From an uncultured Acidobacteriota bacterium (GTDB taxonomy: Bacteria > Acidobacteriota > UBA6911): a stretch of 64,000 nt of DNA. The stretch's first letter is position 1, and each line of letters begins with the position of its first letter. The position numbers were made by a program, and so were the translations under genes. Location: assembly GCA_963827655.1 (NCBI GenBank), contig CAWHCF010000001.1:48399-112398 (forward strand), written 5' to 3'. Positions 29,801 through 40,086 of this stretch are shown one piece after another. The notes below the pieces were generated by a model. It was given only the letters and a program-made list of their open reading frames with translations, was not told the DNA's origin and did not search any database.

Positions 29801-32005
29801 CTAGCGCAGCAACTGGGCGGCGGAATCGATGTGAGCCGCGAGAGCCACAAGGCAGTCGCGTACCACCTGCACCCCGGCCTTTGCCTCCTCCGGTCGCTTT
29901 TGCTCAAGCGCCTCGCGCACGTAGGGAATCGTTTTCACCCCATAGCCCGTGTAAAAACCGGGCGCGTAGAGCTGGTGTTTAAACCAGGGCCTTCCTGGCA
30001 GACCACCCGGCGCGGTCAGCAGTCGTTCGCTTTGATAAAGGAGACGGTTCAGGGCGCGAAGGTGCGTCGCCTCGCGATCGAAAATGCCGCCCGAAGCGGC
30101 TGCCTGAGCATAAGCGTGCTCAAAGGCTTCTGCGCTCTTCCTCACAGCCTGTTGCGCCGTCTTCAGCGGCCCGATGTCGGTTCCAGCTTCTTTCGAGGCG
30201 AGCTTTTCCAACTCGTCCACATATCGTCCGATGGTATCGGCCAGGTTGGTGAATTCAAACGGAAGCACCGGCGCGCTGGCCAGGCGCATCACTGCCGTCC
30301 CGTCAAGCTGAGCCAGCGCCCGCCCATAGACAAAGGTCGTATCTGAAAAGCGCGTATACCACGCGATCGAGTCATAGATGGAATGGTAAACCCCTCCCCC
30401 TCCTTCACCGCCGAAACTGAGGTTGAGTGACGCGACGCCCAGATGATCGATAAAGGCAGTATAGTCCGAACCGGAACCCAGGGCGCCGATGCGCAGGTCG
30501 GTCCGCTCCTCAATGTCCTTCTTCTCGCTTTGCTCCTTCGCCTGTTCCAGCTGTTTTTTTCGCGCCTCGTCGTACACTGATTGCCCGCCATTCGGATCGG
30601 GGATATCACGAGCTACTTCGTGCATGAAGCGTTCAAGGGAGTGGGACCCCGAGGCTCGATACGAGCCTTTTCCATTACTGTCGCCATTGATGTATATGAC
30701 CGCCTTCTCCTTGAGTTCTGCGGCATGATGCTCAACCCATTCGGTCGAGCCCAGAAGACCCTGCTCTTCCCCGTCCCACGCGGCCAGAATGATGGTTCGC
30801 TTGGGCCGCCAGCCCTGCTTCAGAAGCTCGCCCAAAGCCCGGGCCTCCTCCATGAGCGCGATCATTCCGCTCACCGGGTCAGCGGCTCCGTTGACCCACG
30901 CGTCGTGGTGATTTCCCTGGATGATCCATTCGTCAGGAAAAGCAGTCCCTTCGATTCGGGCAATCACGTTGTACACCGTGTGGAGATCCCAGGCGTGGGA
31001 TACCCTGAAGTGCACCAGTGCCGGCCCCGGTCCCACGAAATAGGTGAGGGGAAGAGCGCCACGCCACGATTCGGGCGCCACCGGACCGCGCAGGTTCTTC
31101 AGAATCGGGAGCGCATCACCCCAGCTGATCGGCATCACCGGAATCTTGGTGACGGTAGCCGCCTGTTGCAGCGAAAGCCGCTTGGCTTGGGCCGTTGCTC
31201 CGACCCCGGGGGTCAGAGGGTCGCCGGGGTGGATGGGCATATCGGCGACACTGCCGCGCTGCACGCCGTGCTCGGGCCTGTAGGGACCCTCCGCGTAAAC
31301 CGGCCCTTGATAGTATCCATCATCTTTAGGGTCCGAGTAGATCAGGCATCCGATCGCCCCATTTTCATGCGCGACCTTCGGCTTGATTCCGCGCCAGCTT
31401 GCGCCATAGCGCGCCAATACGATTTTCCCTTTCACATCCACGCCCATCTTTCTCAGTGTTTCATAGTCCTCCGGCACGCCGTAGTTAACATAGACCACCT
31501 GCGCAGTGACATCGCCGTCGACCGAATAGGCGTTATACGTGGGAAGCTGATTCGCGTCGGAAGAATCAGGATCCTCGACAATGGCAGGTTCTTTCAACCG
31601 GGCCAGATATTTTCCGGGCGAGAGAAGTTCAAGCCTGCGCTCCTTAGGCATCGGAAACAGGACGCGGTACTCCTCGATCGAGGCTGAAAGTCCCCAGGAT
31701 CTGAATTTGTTCAGGATCCACTCGGCGTTCTCCTTGTCTCTCGGGGAACCGAGATGATGCGGTTCTGCAGCGAGCACATCCATGTATTCCCGCAAGAGCC
31801 TGGCATCCGGGATGGCGCGCATTTTCTCTTCCCAGGCCATCTGCTCCTTTGCTTGTGCCCCTGAAAAACCGCGCTTCGAGCTCCCCTGCTGCGCTCCGAT
31901 GCCGGCGATCCCGATGGAAAACGGAAGGGCCGTCAGGGTGCAGAGTAAGGCGATCTTGATTGACGATTGACGATTGACGATTGACGATTGGGGTTTGGCA
32001 GCCAA
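29801..32005 (-). CDS. Glutamate carboxypeptidase II-like M28 peptidase (PA and transferrin-receptor dimerisation domains)
   Basis: VYVNYG, GNHHDAW, GAADPVSG, WDGEEQGLLGSTEW, GSGSDY, YHSIYD. Start uncertain. Confidence 0.92.
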   Translation of the reverse strand: MAAKPQSSIVNRQSSIKIALLCTLTALPFSIGIAGIGAQQGSSKRGFSGAQAKEQMAWEEKMRAIPDARLLREYMDVLAAEPHHLGSPRDKENAEWILNKFRSWGLSASIEEYRVLFPMPKERRLELLSPGKYLARLKEPAIVEDPDSSDANQLPTYNAYSVDGDVTAQVVYVNYGVPEDYETLRKMGVDVKGKIVLARYGASWRGIKPKVAHENGAIGCLIYSDPKDDGYYQGPVYAEGPYRPEHGVQRGSVADMPIHPGDPLTPGVGATAQAKRLSLQQAATVTKIPVMPISWGDALPILKNLRGPVAPESWRGALPLTYFVGPGPALVHFRVSHAWDLHTVYNVIARIEGTAFPDEWIIQGNHHDAWVNGAADPVSGMIALMEEARALGELLKQGWRPKRTIILAAWDGEEQGLLGSTEWVEHHAAELKEKAVIYINGDSNGKGSYRASGSHSLERFMHEVARDIPDPNGGQSVYDEARKKQLEQAKEQSEKKDIEERTDLRIGALGSGSDYTAFIDHLGVASLNLSFGGEGGGGVYHSIYDSIAWYTRFSDTTFVYGRALAQLDGTAVMRLASAPVLPFEFTNLADTIGRYVDELEKLASKEAGTDIGPLKTAQQAVRKSAEAFEHAYAQAAASGGIFDREATHLRALNRLLYQSERLLTAPGGLPGRPWFKHQLYAPGFYTGYGVKTIPYVREALEQKRPEEAKAGVQVVRDCLVALAAHIDSAAQLLR

Positions 32006-32074
32006 TCGGATACATGATGGAGTTCATTCGTCACACACCACAATCGTCAATCGTCAATCGTCAATCGTCAATCG
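31958..32074. repeat. Inverted heptamer arrays (GATTGAC)n ... (AATCGTC)n
   Basis: Left 31958-31990, right 32041-32074. Confidence 0.9.
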
Positions 32075-32083
32075 AAGGTTCTC

Positions 32084-32974
32084 CTACTTCGGATTCGCCG
32101 CGGGGCCGGCTGTGACGACCTTCGTGAACGTTCCATTCCCCAGGCGCTGAAACGGTCCGCCATCCTGTGAGAATTCCTCAACAAGAGTGAACGTATTCTC
32201 CGAGATGACCGAAATGGCACGCCTGAGGCGAAAAGTCTGCCCCTTTACCTGAACCGGTACGGCCTCCAGCCGAATCCCGGGACCTGTCCACGTGCCTGTG
32301 TTGAACATGACGATGCCGTTGTTCCGGTACTCGAAATAGGTGTAAAGCTTGCTGGCAGGATCAAATCCGATGAAGCCGTTTCCGCGCAGGATATCCTTGC
32401 CTGCTCCGGTTTCGAATCGGCTTTCAAGAAACTTTCCGTCGAGGACACGGTCGAACGTCATTTGGCCTTTCAGTTCGCCGCCCGGACCCAGCGGGCTTTC
32501 CCTCGCGACCATCTCGAATTTCCATTGCCCTACGAAGTAGTCCAACTTCTGCACCGGCGAGAGATCCTTCTTTGCAATCACGTCTCCAACCCGCTTGAGG
32601 TCGTACGTGAAACCCAGCTTCTGCGCTCCGAGGTTAACTTCACCCTTCCCATCGAGCGTCTCCCCTTTAAGCACAAAGTCAAAGTTGACGGTGACTGGTC
32701 CCTGCGGCGCGTCGATCTGAACGACGGCCGTGACCTTTTCCCCATCCCGTTTGATTTCCTTGAATGGAATCTCTGTCGTTCCGGTTACTCCGGAAATACT
32801 GCCGGAGTAAGTTTCGCCCTCCTTCTTGAAAGAAACGGTGGCTTTTCGCTCTCCCTGGAGGGATCTCACCATTCCTTCCCACCGTCCTTGCAGCGGGTCC
32901 TGTTGCGCTCGGCCCGTCATCGCCGCCGCAAAGACCAAGAAAACCGCAAACGCGGGTACCATCCTTCGAGTCAT
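32084..32974 (-). CDS. Secreted two-domain beta protein, C-terminal DUF1579-like domain
   Basis: Signal peptide ending AQQ; LDYFVGQW...SPLGPGG...GFDP...YTYF. Confidence 0.65.
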   Translation of the reverse strand: MTRRMVPAFAVFLVFAAAMTGRAQQDPLQGRWEGMVRSLQGERKATVSFKKEGETYSGSISGVTGTTEIPFKEIKRDGEKVTAVVQIDAPQGPVTVNFDFVLKGETLDGKGEVNLGAQKLGFTYDLKRVGDVIAKKDLSPVQKLDYFVGQWKFEMVARESPLGPGGELKGQMTFDRVLDGKFLESRFETGAGKDILRGNGFIGFDPASKLYTYFEYRNNGIVMFNTGTWTGPGIRLEAVPVQVKGQTFRLRRAISVISENTFTLVEEFSQDGGPFQRLGNGTFTKVVTAGPAANPK

Positions 32975-33079
32975 AGTTCTTCTCCGAGATCTTGAGAGGA
33001 TTCAATTATTACCATAAGCCATAGACGCTGCCAAACTGCCGTTCGCGTTTCTTGGCGTCTTTGTGGTAAACGAGTTGCG

Positions 33080-34573
33080 ATGAACGGATATGACGTAGCT
33101 GTGATCGGGGGCGGTCCCGCGGGTTCGACCGCCGGTAGACTCCTGGCGGAATGGGGTTACTCGGTCGTCCTCTTCAACCGGCCTGAGAAAAGAAGGCCCA
33201 GTCTGGCCGAGTCCTTGCCGCCGAGCACCCGCAAGCTCTTTGGCTTTCTGGGCATTCTCCAGAGACTCGAGGACGCCCGCTTTTACCGGTCGAGTGGCAA
33301 CACGGTCTGGTGGGGCGATCCGGAGGGGAGTGTCGAACGATTCGGCGGGTCATCCCAATCCTGGGGTTACCAGGTACTGCGCAGCGATTTTGACCAGTTG
33401 CTCCTTGACCTGGCTGGATCCGCCGGAGTTCACGTGCGTCCCAACGCAACGGTCCTGAAAGTGAACCTGGAAGCCGACCACCGGGTTTCGATTCAATATG
33501 ACGATGCCGGGGACACGCGAGCCGCATGCGAGGCTCGATTCGTGCTCGATTGCTCGGGTCGCAGCGGCGTGATCGCGCGCCGCGGATTGCGCAAGAAAGA
33601 AGCTCGCTACAGCACACTCGCGATCGCCGCCGCGTGGCGCAATGAGACTGGTTGGGGACTGAAAGACGCAACTCACACTCTGGTCGAGGCCTATCCCGAC
33701 GGCTGGGCCTGGTCAGTACCCCTCTCGGCGCAGCAACGCCACTTCACGGTCATGGTGGATCCGCAGCAGGTTCAGGCTTCACGAGGCCGCGGCCTGGAAG
33801 AGATCTATTTTGATGAGATGGGAAAGACCGTCCAGTTCAAGACCATTCTCCGCGCTGCGACAACGGAGGGCGCTCCGTGGGGGTGTGACGCCTCGCTTTA
33901 CTCTTCCGAGACGTTTGCCGGCCCGCAATTCATTCTGGTGGGAGACGCCGCCTCGTTTATCGATCCTCTTTCCTCGTTCGGCGTAAAGAAGGCCCTGGCA
34001 TCAGCATGGATGGCCGCGGTCGTGGCAAACACTTGCTTCAAGAAACCGGCGCTACGGCAGATCGCACTCGACATGTTTTCCAATCGCGAGCGTCAAGTTT
34101 ATGCGAGTTATCTCCGGCAGAGCGCGCGCTATTTTCAGCAAGCTTCCATGCGCTATCCGACTCCATTCTGGATCGCTCGCGCCCAGGTTGCGGAAGGTTC
34201 GCAGGTCTGGGACCCTGACGAGGAGGAGCTCAAGCGCGATCCCGACGTCCTGGCCGCCTTCGCTGCTCTCAAGGGCAGCCGTGCCATTCGGCTGCAATGC
34301 GCACCGGATGTGCGCGTGGAGAACAGGGCCGGCATCGAGGGAAACGAAGTGGTACTGAAAGAAAGCCTGGTCAGCCCGGGCCTGCCCTCCGGAGCTCGAT
34401 TCCTGGGCGGCGTGGACCTCCCACGGCTGGTTGAAATAGCAGGAGAACACAGCCAGGTGCCGGATTTGTTTGCGGCCTACAATCGAATCTGCCCTCCGGT
34501 CGACCTGGGAAACTTCCTCGGCACGCTTTCTGCTCTCCTGGCCAAGGGGATACTGAGGAACCTTCACCACTAA
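33080..34573 (+). CDS. qhpG: FAD-dependent monooxygenase QhpG-like (CTQ biogenesis)
   Basis: VIGGGPAG, GWAWSVPL, VGDAASFIDPLSSFG, small C-terminal winged-helix-like tail; directly upstream of qhpA as in characterised qhp loci. Confidence 0.8.
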   Translation: MNGYDVAVIGGGPAGSTAGRLLAEWGYSVVLFNRPEKRRPSLAESLPPSTRKLFGFLGILQRLEDARFYRSSGNTVWWGDPEGSVERFGGSSQSWGYQVLRSDFDQLLLDLAGSAGVHVRPNATVLKVNLEADHRVSIQYDDAGDTRAACEARFVLDCSGRSGVIARRGLRKKEARYSTLAIAAAWRNETGWGLKDATHTLVEAYPDGWAWSVPLSAQQRHFTVMVDPQQVQASRGRGLEEIYFDEMGKTVQFKTILRAATTEGAPWGCDASLYSSETFAGPQFILVGDAASFIDPLSSFGVKKALASAWMAAVVANTCFKKPALRQIALDMFSNRERQVYASYLRQSARYFQQASMRYPTPFWIARAQVAEGSQVWDPDEEELKRDPDVLAAFAALKGSRAIRLQCAPDVRVENRAGIEGNEVVLKESLVSPGLPSGARFLGGVDLPRLVEIAGEHSQVPDLFAAYNRICPPVDLGNFLGTLSALLAKGILRNLHH

Positions 34574-34598
34574 CCGCAAAGACTCGAAGACACCAAGG

Positions 34599-34625
34599 TT
34601 CGTTCGGGACTTCGCCCCGAACGAA
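34599..34625. other. Intergenic hairpin between qhpG and qhpA
   Basis: TTCGTTCGGG-7 nt-CCCGAACGAA perfect 10-bp stem. Confidence 0.5.
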
Positions 34626-34771
34626 AGGCCCCTCGTGAACAACTACCTGTTGCTTTGAATGCTTCGCTGAGCGCCTAAGACACGCGAAGAGACTCAAATA
34701 GACTCCAGGGTGCTGCTTATTGGATTGAATCGACCATAGCCTGTGTGCTACAAGTCAAGACGTTCCGTCTT

Positions 34772-36508
34772 ATGTCGAAAGCACAGTTTCTCGCCCGCCT
34801 GGTCTCTTTCTACTTTGTCGTTCTTTCACTTTTCGCTCAACAGCCGGCTCCACAACAGCCCAGTCCCGCCAGGGCCATCGAAGAGAAGCCCGAGGATGAT
34901 GGAATTCCGATCACAAGCACGGTGGTCCGAACGGCGTGCGCCCCGTGCCACACGATCGATGATAAGAACCGCATGTCGCGCATCTCCTACCGGCGCACCA
35001 CGCCCGAGGGATGGCAGGAAACCATCCGGCGGATGGTTTCTCTGAACAAGGTCGAGCTTACGCCCAAGGATGCCCGCGAGATTGTGAGATATCTCTCGAA
35101 TCATCTGGGTCTCGCACCTGAAGAAGCCCGCCCTGCTCTGTTTGAGGTCGAGCGGCGGATGATCGATTTCAAGTACACGGATCGGGACATCGAGCAAATC
35201 TGCGCCAGGTGTCATTCGCTGGGCCGGGTCATTTCGCAACGCCGCACCAAGGAGGAATGGGAACTCCTCATTGCCATGCACCGCGGGTACTATCCGCTCT
35301 CGGACTTTCAGGCATTCCGGCGCACGGGACCTCCTCAGACACAACCGGGACCGGACGGGCGCCCGCCGGATAACCGTCACCCCATGGAAAAAGCCGTGGC
35401 GCATCTAGCAGAAGCTTTCCCGCTGAAGACCAACGAATGGTCGGCGTGGTCCGCCAACATGCGCGCGCCGAAGCTGGCGGGACGCTGGGCGCTCTCAGGC
35501 TACCAGGTCGGACGTGGGGCGCTCTACGGGCAGATGGTGGTCACGACAAATCCGGAAGCGGAAGACGAGTTTGTGACCCAGGTTCGATATGCGTACGCGC
35601 GCTCCGGGAGTTCGGTCGAACGCGCGGGAAAAGCGCTGGTCTACACCGGATTCCAGTGGCGCGGCCGTTCGTTTGACGGCAAGGACGAGAAGAGCGGACT
35701 ACGCGAGGTGATGTTCGTCGAACGCGATTGGCAGCGGATGTCGGGGCGCTGGTTCACAGGCGCGTATGACGAACTGGGAACTGACATAAGACTGCAACGC
35801 ATAACCAACGATCCTATCGTTCTGGGTGTTGAACCGATCGCTTTAAAAACCTCGTCTTCCGCCAGGACGGTTCGAATTTTCGGCGCCAATTTTGCGGCCA
35901 AACTCACGCCCGCCGACGTAAACTTCGGCCAGGGAGTTAGAGTCACCCGAATCGTCAGCGCCGATCCGGATAGTGTCTCGGTCGAGGTCGAAGTCGCAGC
36001 CGACGCTCCCGTGGGCGCGCGGGATGTGTTCGTTTCCGGCGCCGCGCGCCATGCGGCTGTCGTCGTTTTCAACAAGACAGATGGAATCAAGGTTCGTCCA
36101 CAGGCAGGGATGGCACGAGTAGGCGGCGCAAACTTTCCTAAACAATACCAGCAGTTCGAAGCGGTCGCTTACAACAATGGCGCCGATGGCAAGCCCGACA
36201 CCAAAGACGATTTGGATCTTGGAATTGTCGATGTCGCCTGGAGCCTGGAGGAGTACACGGCGACATTTGGGGACGACGACAAAGAATTCGTGGGAACAAT
36301 CGACGCTTCGGGACTCTTCACGCCCAACATCGACGGTCCGAACCCCAAGCGCAAGAACCAGACCAACAACTACGGAGACGTCTGGGTCGTCGCCACGTTT
36401 AGCCCGGAAACAGGCGGCCAGTCAGCCAGACCCATCCGGGCTCGCGCCCACCTTCTCGTGACCGTTCCGGTCTACATGAGGTGGGAGCCCTCAGAGGTGA
36501 CGCGATGA
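34772..36508 (+). CDS. qhpA: Quinohemoprotein amine dehydrogenase alpha subunit (di-heme)
   Basis: CAPCH and CARCH heme motifs; RISYRRTTPEGW, VYTGFQWRG, MARVGG, GLFTP..GPNPKR, LLVTVP. Confidence 0.93.
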   Translation: MSKAQFLARLVSFYFVVLSLFAQQPAPQQPSPARAIEEKPEDDGIPITSTVVRTACAPCHTIDDKNRMSRISYRRTTPEGWQETIRRMVSLNKVELTPKDAREIVRYLSNHLGLAPEEARPALFEVERRMIDFKYTDRDIEQICARCHSLGRVISQRRTKEEWELLIAMHRGYYPLSDFQAFRRTGPPQTQPGPDGRPPDNRHPMEKAVAHLAEAFPLKTNEWSAWSANMRAPKLAGRWALSGYQVGRGALYGQMVVTTNPEAEDEFVTQVRYAYARSGSSVERAGKALVYTGFQWRGRSFDGKDEKSGLREVMFVERDWQRMSGRWFTGAYDELGTDIRLQRITNDPIVLGVEPIALKTSSSARTVRIFGANFAAKLTPADVNFGQGVRVTRIVSADPDSVSVEVEVAADAPVGARDVFVSGAARHAAVVVFNKTDGIKVRPQAGMARVGGANFPKQYQQFEAVAYNNGADGKPDTKDDLDLGIVDVAWSLEEYTATFGDDDKEFVGTIDASGLFTPNIDGPNPKRKNQTNNYGDVWVVATFSPETGGQSARPIRARAHLLVTVPVYMRWEPSEVTR

Positions 36509-37941
36509 AGAAGCTTGGCCTGCGCGAGTTTCATCGATTTGAGGCGGCCGGTACGACCTTTCTTTACCTGGTTCCCAGCGCCGCGGTTCTTGCCCTCGAC
36601 CACGCCGCTTCGGCAGTCCTCGAGGCGCTGGGTCGCGGGCCGATGACACCCCAGCAGCTGATCAGCGAACTTTCCGGCCGTTTTTCACCCGCTGATCTCA
36701 AAGACACGATCTCGGAACTGATCGGCGTCCGCGCCATCGGTGACGTCGAGGCAAGCGAAAGCTCCAGTCCTCGAACCCTTCCACCGATGCCTTTCCCCCT
36801 GACCACCATGGTTCTCAACCTGACCAACCAGTGCAATCTGAGCTGCACTTATTGTTACGAGTACGGCCAGGACAAGATCGTCGACACGAAGGACCCGAGA
36901 CGGGCCCGTTTCATGACCGAGGAAACGGCGGCTCAGAGCGTCGATTTCATGCTCAAACAATCGGGTCCCAACAAGACTGTGCACCTGACATTCTTTGGCG
37001 GTGAAACCCTTCTGAATTTTCCCGTGCTGAAAGCTACCCTTGGGTATGCGCGCCGGCGCGCGGCGGAGATGGGAAAGGAAGTGGACTTCAGTCTCACGAC
37101 CAACGCCACGCTGCTGCGTCCGGAGACCATTGAATTCCTGGCGGAGAACCATGTCGGCGTCACCATTTCGATCGACGGGCCGAAGGAAGTCCAGGACCAG
37201 TTTCGCGTGTTCCACAATGGAGACGGAAGCTACGACATCATCGCGCCCAAGATTCGCGAGCTGCTGCGACGCCACCGCACTCGCCCTGTCGGCGCGCGCG
37301 TCACGCTCACAGCCCAGACCCTCGACATCACCCGGATCTTCCGCCACCTGACCGACGAAATCGGCTTCTGGGAGGTGGGGTTTGCGCCGGTAACTACTTC
37401 GTCCAATCAGCAATACGCAATCAGCGACGCCGGCTTCGATCACATGCTCAACCAGTTCCGCTTGCTGGCTGCTGAATTCCTGGAATATTCGCTCCAGGAT
37501 CGCCGGCACGGTTTCTCGAACGTCAAGGACACGCTCGAGGAGATCCACAAGGGACACAGCAAAGCCTACCCTTGTGGCGCCGGCCTGGGGCTGCTGGGCG
37601 TCTCCACCGACGGTGACGTCGCGCTTTGCCATCGCTTCGCCGCCTCGGATGCGCACAAGCTGGGAACCGTCCGAGACGGTATCGATTCGTTGGTGCAGAT
37701 TGATTTTCTCGAGAAAAACCATATCGCCAGCAAAACCGACTGCAGCAGGTGCTGGGCCCGGCCGCTCTGTTCCGGCGGTTGTTATCACGAAGCTTATGTG
37801 CGCTACGGCACGACCACACATCCTAATCTCCATTACTGTGAATGGATCCGCGGCTGGACCGACACATGCCTGCGCATCTATGGCGAGCTCGCGGAACGCA
37901 ATCCGAAATTCCTCGCGCAATTCGATGAGGGGGCGTCATGA
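36505..37941 (+). CDS. qhpD: Radical SAM/SPASM thioether-forming maturase
   Basis: CNLSCTYC; SPASM CGAG...CHRF...CSRCWARPLCSGGCYHE; ATGA overlaps with qhpA and qhpC. Confidence 0.93.
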   Translation: MKKLGLREFHRFEAAGTTFLYLVPSAAVLALDHAASAVLEALGRGPMTPQQLISELSGRFSPADLKDTISELIGVRAIGDVEASESSSPRTLPPMPFPLTTMVLNLTNQCNLSCTYCYEYGQDKIVDTKDPRRARFMTEETAAQSVDFMLKQSGPNKTVHLTFFGGETLLNFPVLKATLGYARRRAAEMGKEVDFSLTTNATLLRPETIEFLAENHVGVTISIDGPKEVQDQFRVFHNGDGSYDIIAPKIRELLRRHRTRPVGARVTLTAQTLDITRIFRHLTDEIGFWEVGFAPVTTSSNQQYAISDAGFDHMLNQFRLLAAEFLEYSLQDRRHGFSNVKDTLEEIHKGHSKAYPCGAGLGLLGVSTDGDVALCHRFAASDAHKLGTVRDGIDSLVQIDFLEKNHIASKTDCSRCWARPLCSGGCYHEAYVRYGTTTHPNLHYCEWIRGWTDTCLRIYGELAERNPKFLAQFDEGAS

Positions 37942-38312
37942 AGCATCTCAGGACCATTAACCGAAAGGCCGGACTCCTCGAGCAATACCTGGAGTCGTCA
38001 TCGGCCCGCGAGAGTCAAACTGACGAGGCCGGCGGCGATGTCGTGGCTCTCCAGCAGGGACCACCACAGCAACCGCCAGGCCCTCACTTTCCGCTGGGCT
38101 GCTCTCTGCAATTCGATCCGGGCTGGGAAACAGATTCGAATGGCGGCACCGCCGGTCTATGCCAGCCTGTGGAACGGGACCTGTTTGACTGCCATACGGG
38201 TTGTTACTGGCCGGCACAAGTCCCTGATCAACTCAATCATGCGCCGGACTGGACCAGTAAATGCGCCGCCGCCCAGAAAGACTGGCGCAAGATCGATCTG
38301 ATTTTTCCGTAG
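37938..38312 (+). CDS. qhpC: Quinohemoprotein amine dehydrogenase gamma subunit precursor
   Basis: Leader MKHLRTINRKA...VVAL; core GCSLQFDPGWE...LCQPVERDLFDCHTGCYWPAQVPD...DWRK. Confidence 0.95.
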   Translation: MKHLRTINRKAGLLEQYLESSSARESQTDEAGGDVVALQQGPPQQPPGPHFPLGCSLQFDPGWETDSNGGTAGLCQPVERDLFDCHTGCYWPAQVPDQLNHAPDWTSKCAAAQKDWRKIDLIFP

Positions 38313-38403
38313 GAAATTCGGTGACAGGCTCCAAATTGCGTGGCGAAAAACCAGTCTCTTGGTCCCTCTTAACCGCGCAATTTGGAGCCTGTCACCGAAT
38401 TTC
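38313..38403. repeat. Perfect 28-bp inverted repeat (REP-like stem-loop)
   Basis: GAAATTCGGTGACAGGCTCCAAATTGCG at 38313-38340 and its exact complement at 38376-38403. Confidence 0.9.
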
Positions 38404-38451
38404 GCCCGGACCTGGCTGTTTTTCGACAAAAACTAAGCAGTCAAGACCGTC

Positions 38452-39558
38452 ATGAGATCCAGGATCGTACTCATCACTGCCGGATTGCTCTTACTTGGGG
38501 CGACCCAGGGACAGGATCGCCGCGACGACCCCGCCCCGGGCAACGGCACACTTTATCTCGGCGTCTTCTCCAAGAAGATCGTGATTATCGACGAAGCCAC
38601 GGGAGGGGTCACCGGCGAGATTCGGCTCAAGACCGGCATGCCCAGACAGATGTCGTTATCTCACGACCGAAAGCGGTTCTATGTAGTGAATGCGAACATG
38701 GAAGAGATGGAGGTCGTGGATATCTCTTCCAGGCAGGTGCTCGACACCTTCCGGATCGGTGAAGGCGACAAAAAGGTTCGCATTCGCAGCTTCCAGGTCG
38801 ATCCGCAGAATCGCTACATGATCCTTCTGACCAAAACCACGACCAAGCTCGCCGATCGATTTGAGATCGGCCCTCCGATGCTGCTCCAGTACGACCTCAA
38901 AGAGCACAGAGTTTTTCGAACCATACCGTGGCCCAAGAATGAGGAGCGCGAGTTTGCCAACCTGTTGTTCTCGCCTGACGGGAAATTCCTCTACTTCTTT
39001 TCCGATGATGTTCTGATATACGACACGACTGAATTCAAGCAGGTGGACAAGTGGGAGATTTCACGTCCGATCGAGGAGGGATTCGGGAGAATCAATTTTG
39101 GACCGCTGGACATCATTAACGAAGAGCCGGGCTTCTTCACCGGACTGTTCACCGTCCAGGATCCGGTGCAAAACCGCCGCGTCATGGGAGTGGCGCGAGT
39201 CAACCTGAGCGAAAAGAGCGTCGATTTCTACGCGCTCGGTCCCGCCACGCGCGTCAGCTTTTCCCTGGCGCCGGGGCGCAAACGGGCCTACGGTTTGATG
39301 GAACAGGTCGGTCGTCACGAATTCTGGACCTTCGACCTGGAGAATCGCCGTCTGCAAGGCAAGACGGAGTTCGCGGGACGACCGCGTATGGAGTTGAAGA
39401 CCAGCTCAAACGGCAGGATCCTTTACATCTATGAGGCTGGCAATACTATTGATCTCTACGACGCAGCCACGTACCGCCATCTTCGCACCATCGCTCTCGA
39501 CGCGGACATGGCTACGGACCTCTACGTCATGCCCCCAGCCGGGAGCACCGGCAAGTAG
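38452..39558 (+). CDS. qhpB: Quinohemoprotein amine dehydrogenase beta subunit (beta-propeller)
   Basis: Signal peptide; propeller repeats (LSHDRKRFYV, FSPDGKFLY, SSNGRILYI, IDLYDA); position after qhpC. Confidence 0.78.
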   Translation: MRSRIVLITAGLLLLGATQGQDRRDDPAPGNGTLYLGVFSKKIVIIDEATGGVTGEIRLKTGMPRQMSLSHDRKRFYVVNANMEEMEVVDISSRQVLDTFRIGEGDKKVRIRSFQVDPQNRYMILLTKTTTKLADRFEIGPPMLLQYDLKEHRVFRTIPWPKNEEREFANLLFSPDGKFLYFFSDDVLIYDTTEFKQVDKWEISRPIEEGFGRINFGPLDIINEEPGFFTGLFTVQDPVQNRRVMGVARVNLSEKSVDFYALGPATRVSFSLAPGRKRAYGLMEQVGRHEFWTFDLENRRLQGKTEFAGRPRMELKTSSNGRILYIYEAGNTIDLYDAATYRHLRTIALDADMATDLYVMPPAGSTGK

Positions 39559-39692
39559 AGACCCATAGCACTGCTGTTCGCAATTGCGGTGTATGGGCAG
39601 TTGAGGCCTGAGAGGCCGACAGGGAGCGGGTCAATTACAGGCCGTCGCAAGTAACGTGATCCGGAGGATTTAGCCTTAAAGAGTTCTTTTCC

Positions 39693-39832
<140 letters not shown>

Positions 39833-40086
39833 AAGCTTTTGTGCCACTAGGGGGCCGGACGGGCTTGATAGCCCGTCCGCACATGGATCGGTGGTTTTGC
39901 AACAGCCTCGGATGGCCCGCGCCGCAGACCAATTTTTTCACACCTTCTGACCGGCGGGGCTACTCACTGCCGGGCCTTCGGCCCTGGCGACAAGCGAGCC
40001 GACTCCTATCGTTCTGCCCAAACACGTTACTACCATCATTATGAACCAGCACCTGGCGTCTTCACTCCCTGGCGGTGGATTCTGAC

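Noticed and set aside
33080-34573. Tryptophan halogenase of a natural-product cluster
   Set aside because: Its position before qhpA and the C-terminal extension fit QhpG better.
36505-38312. Novel sactipeptide/ranthipeptide RiPP cluster
   Set aside because: The precursor is recognisably QhpC, an enzyme subunit.
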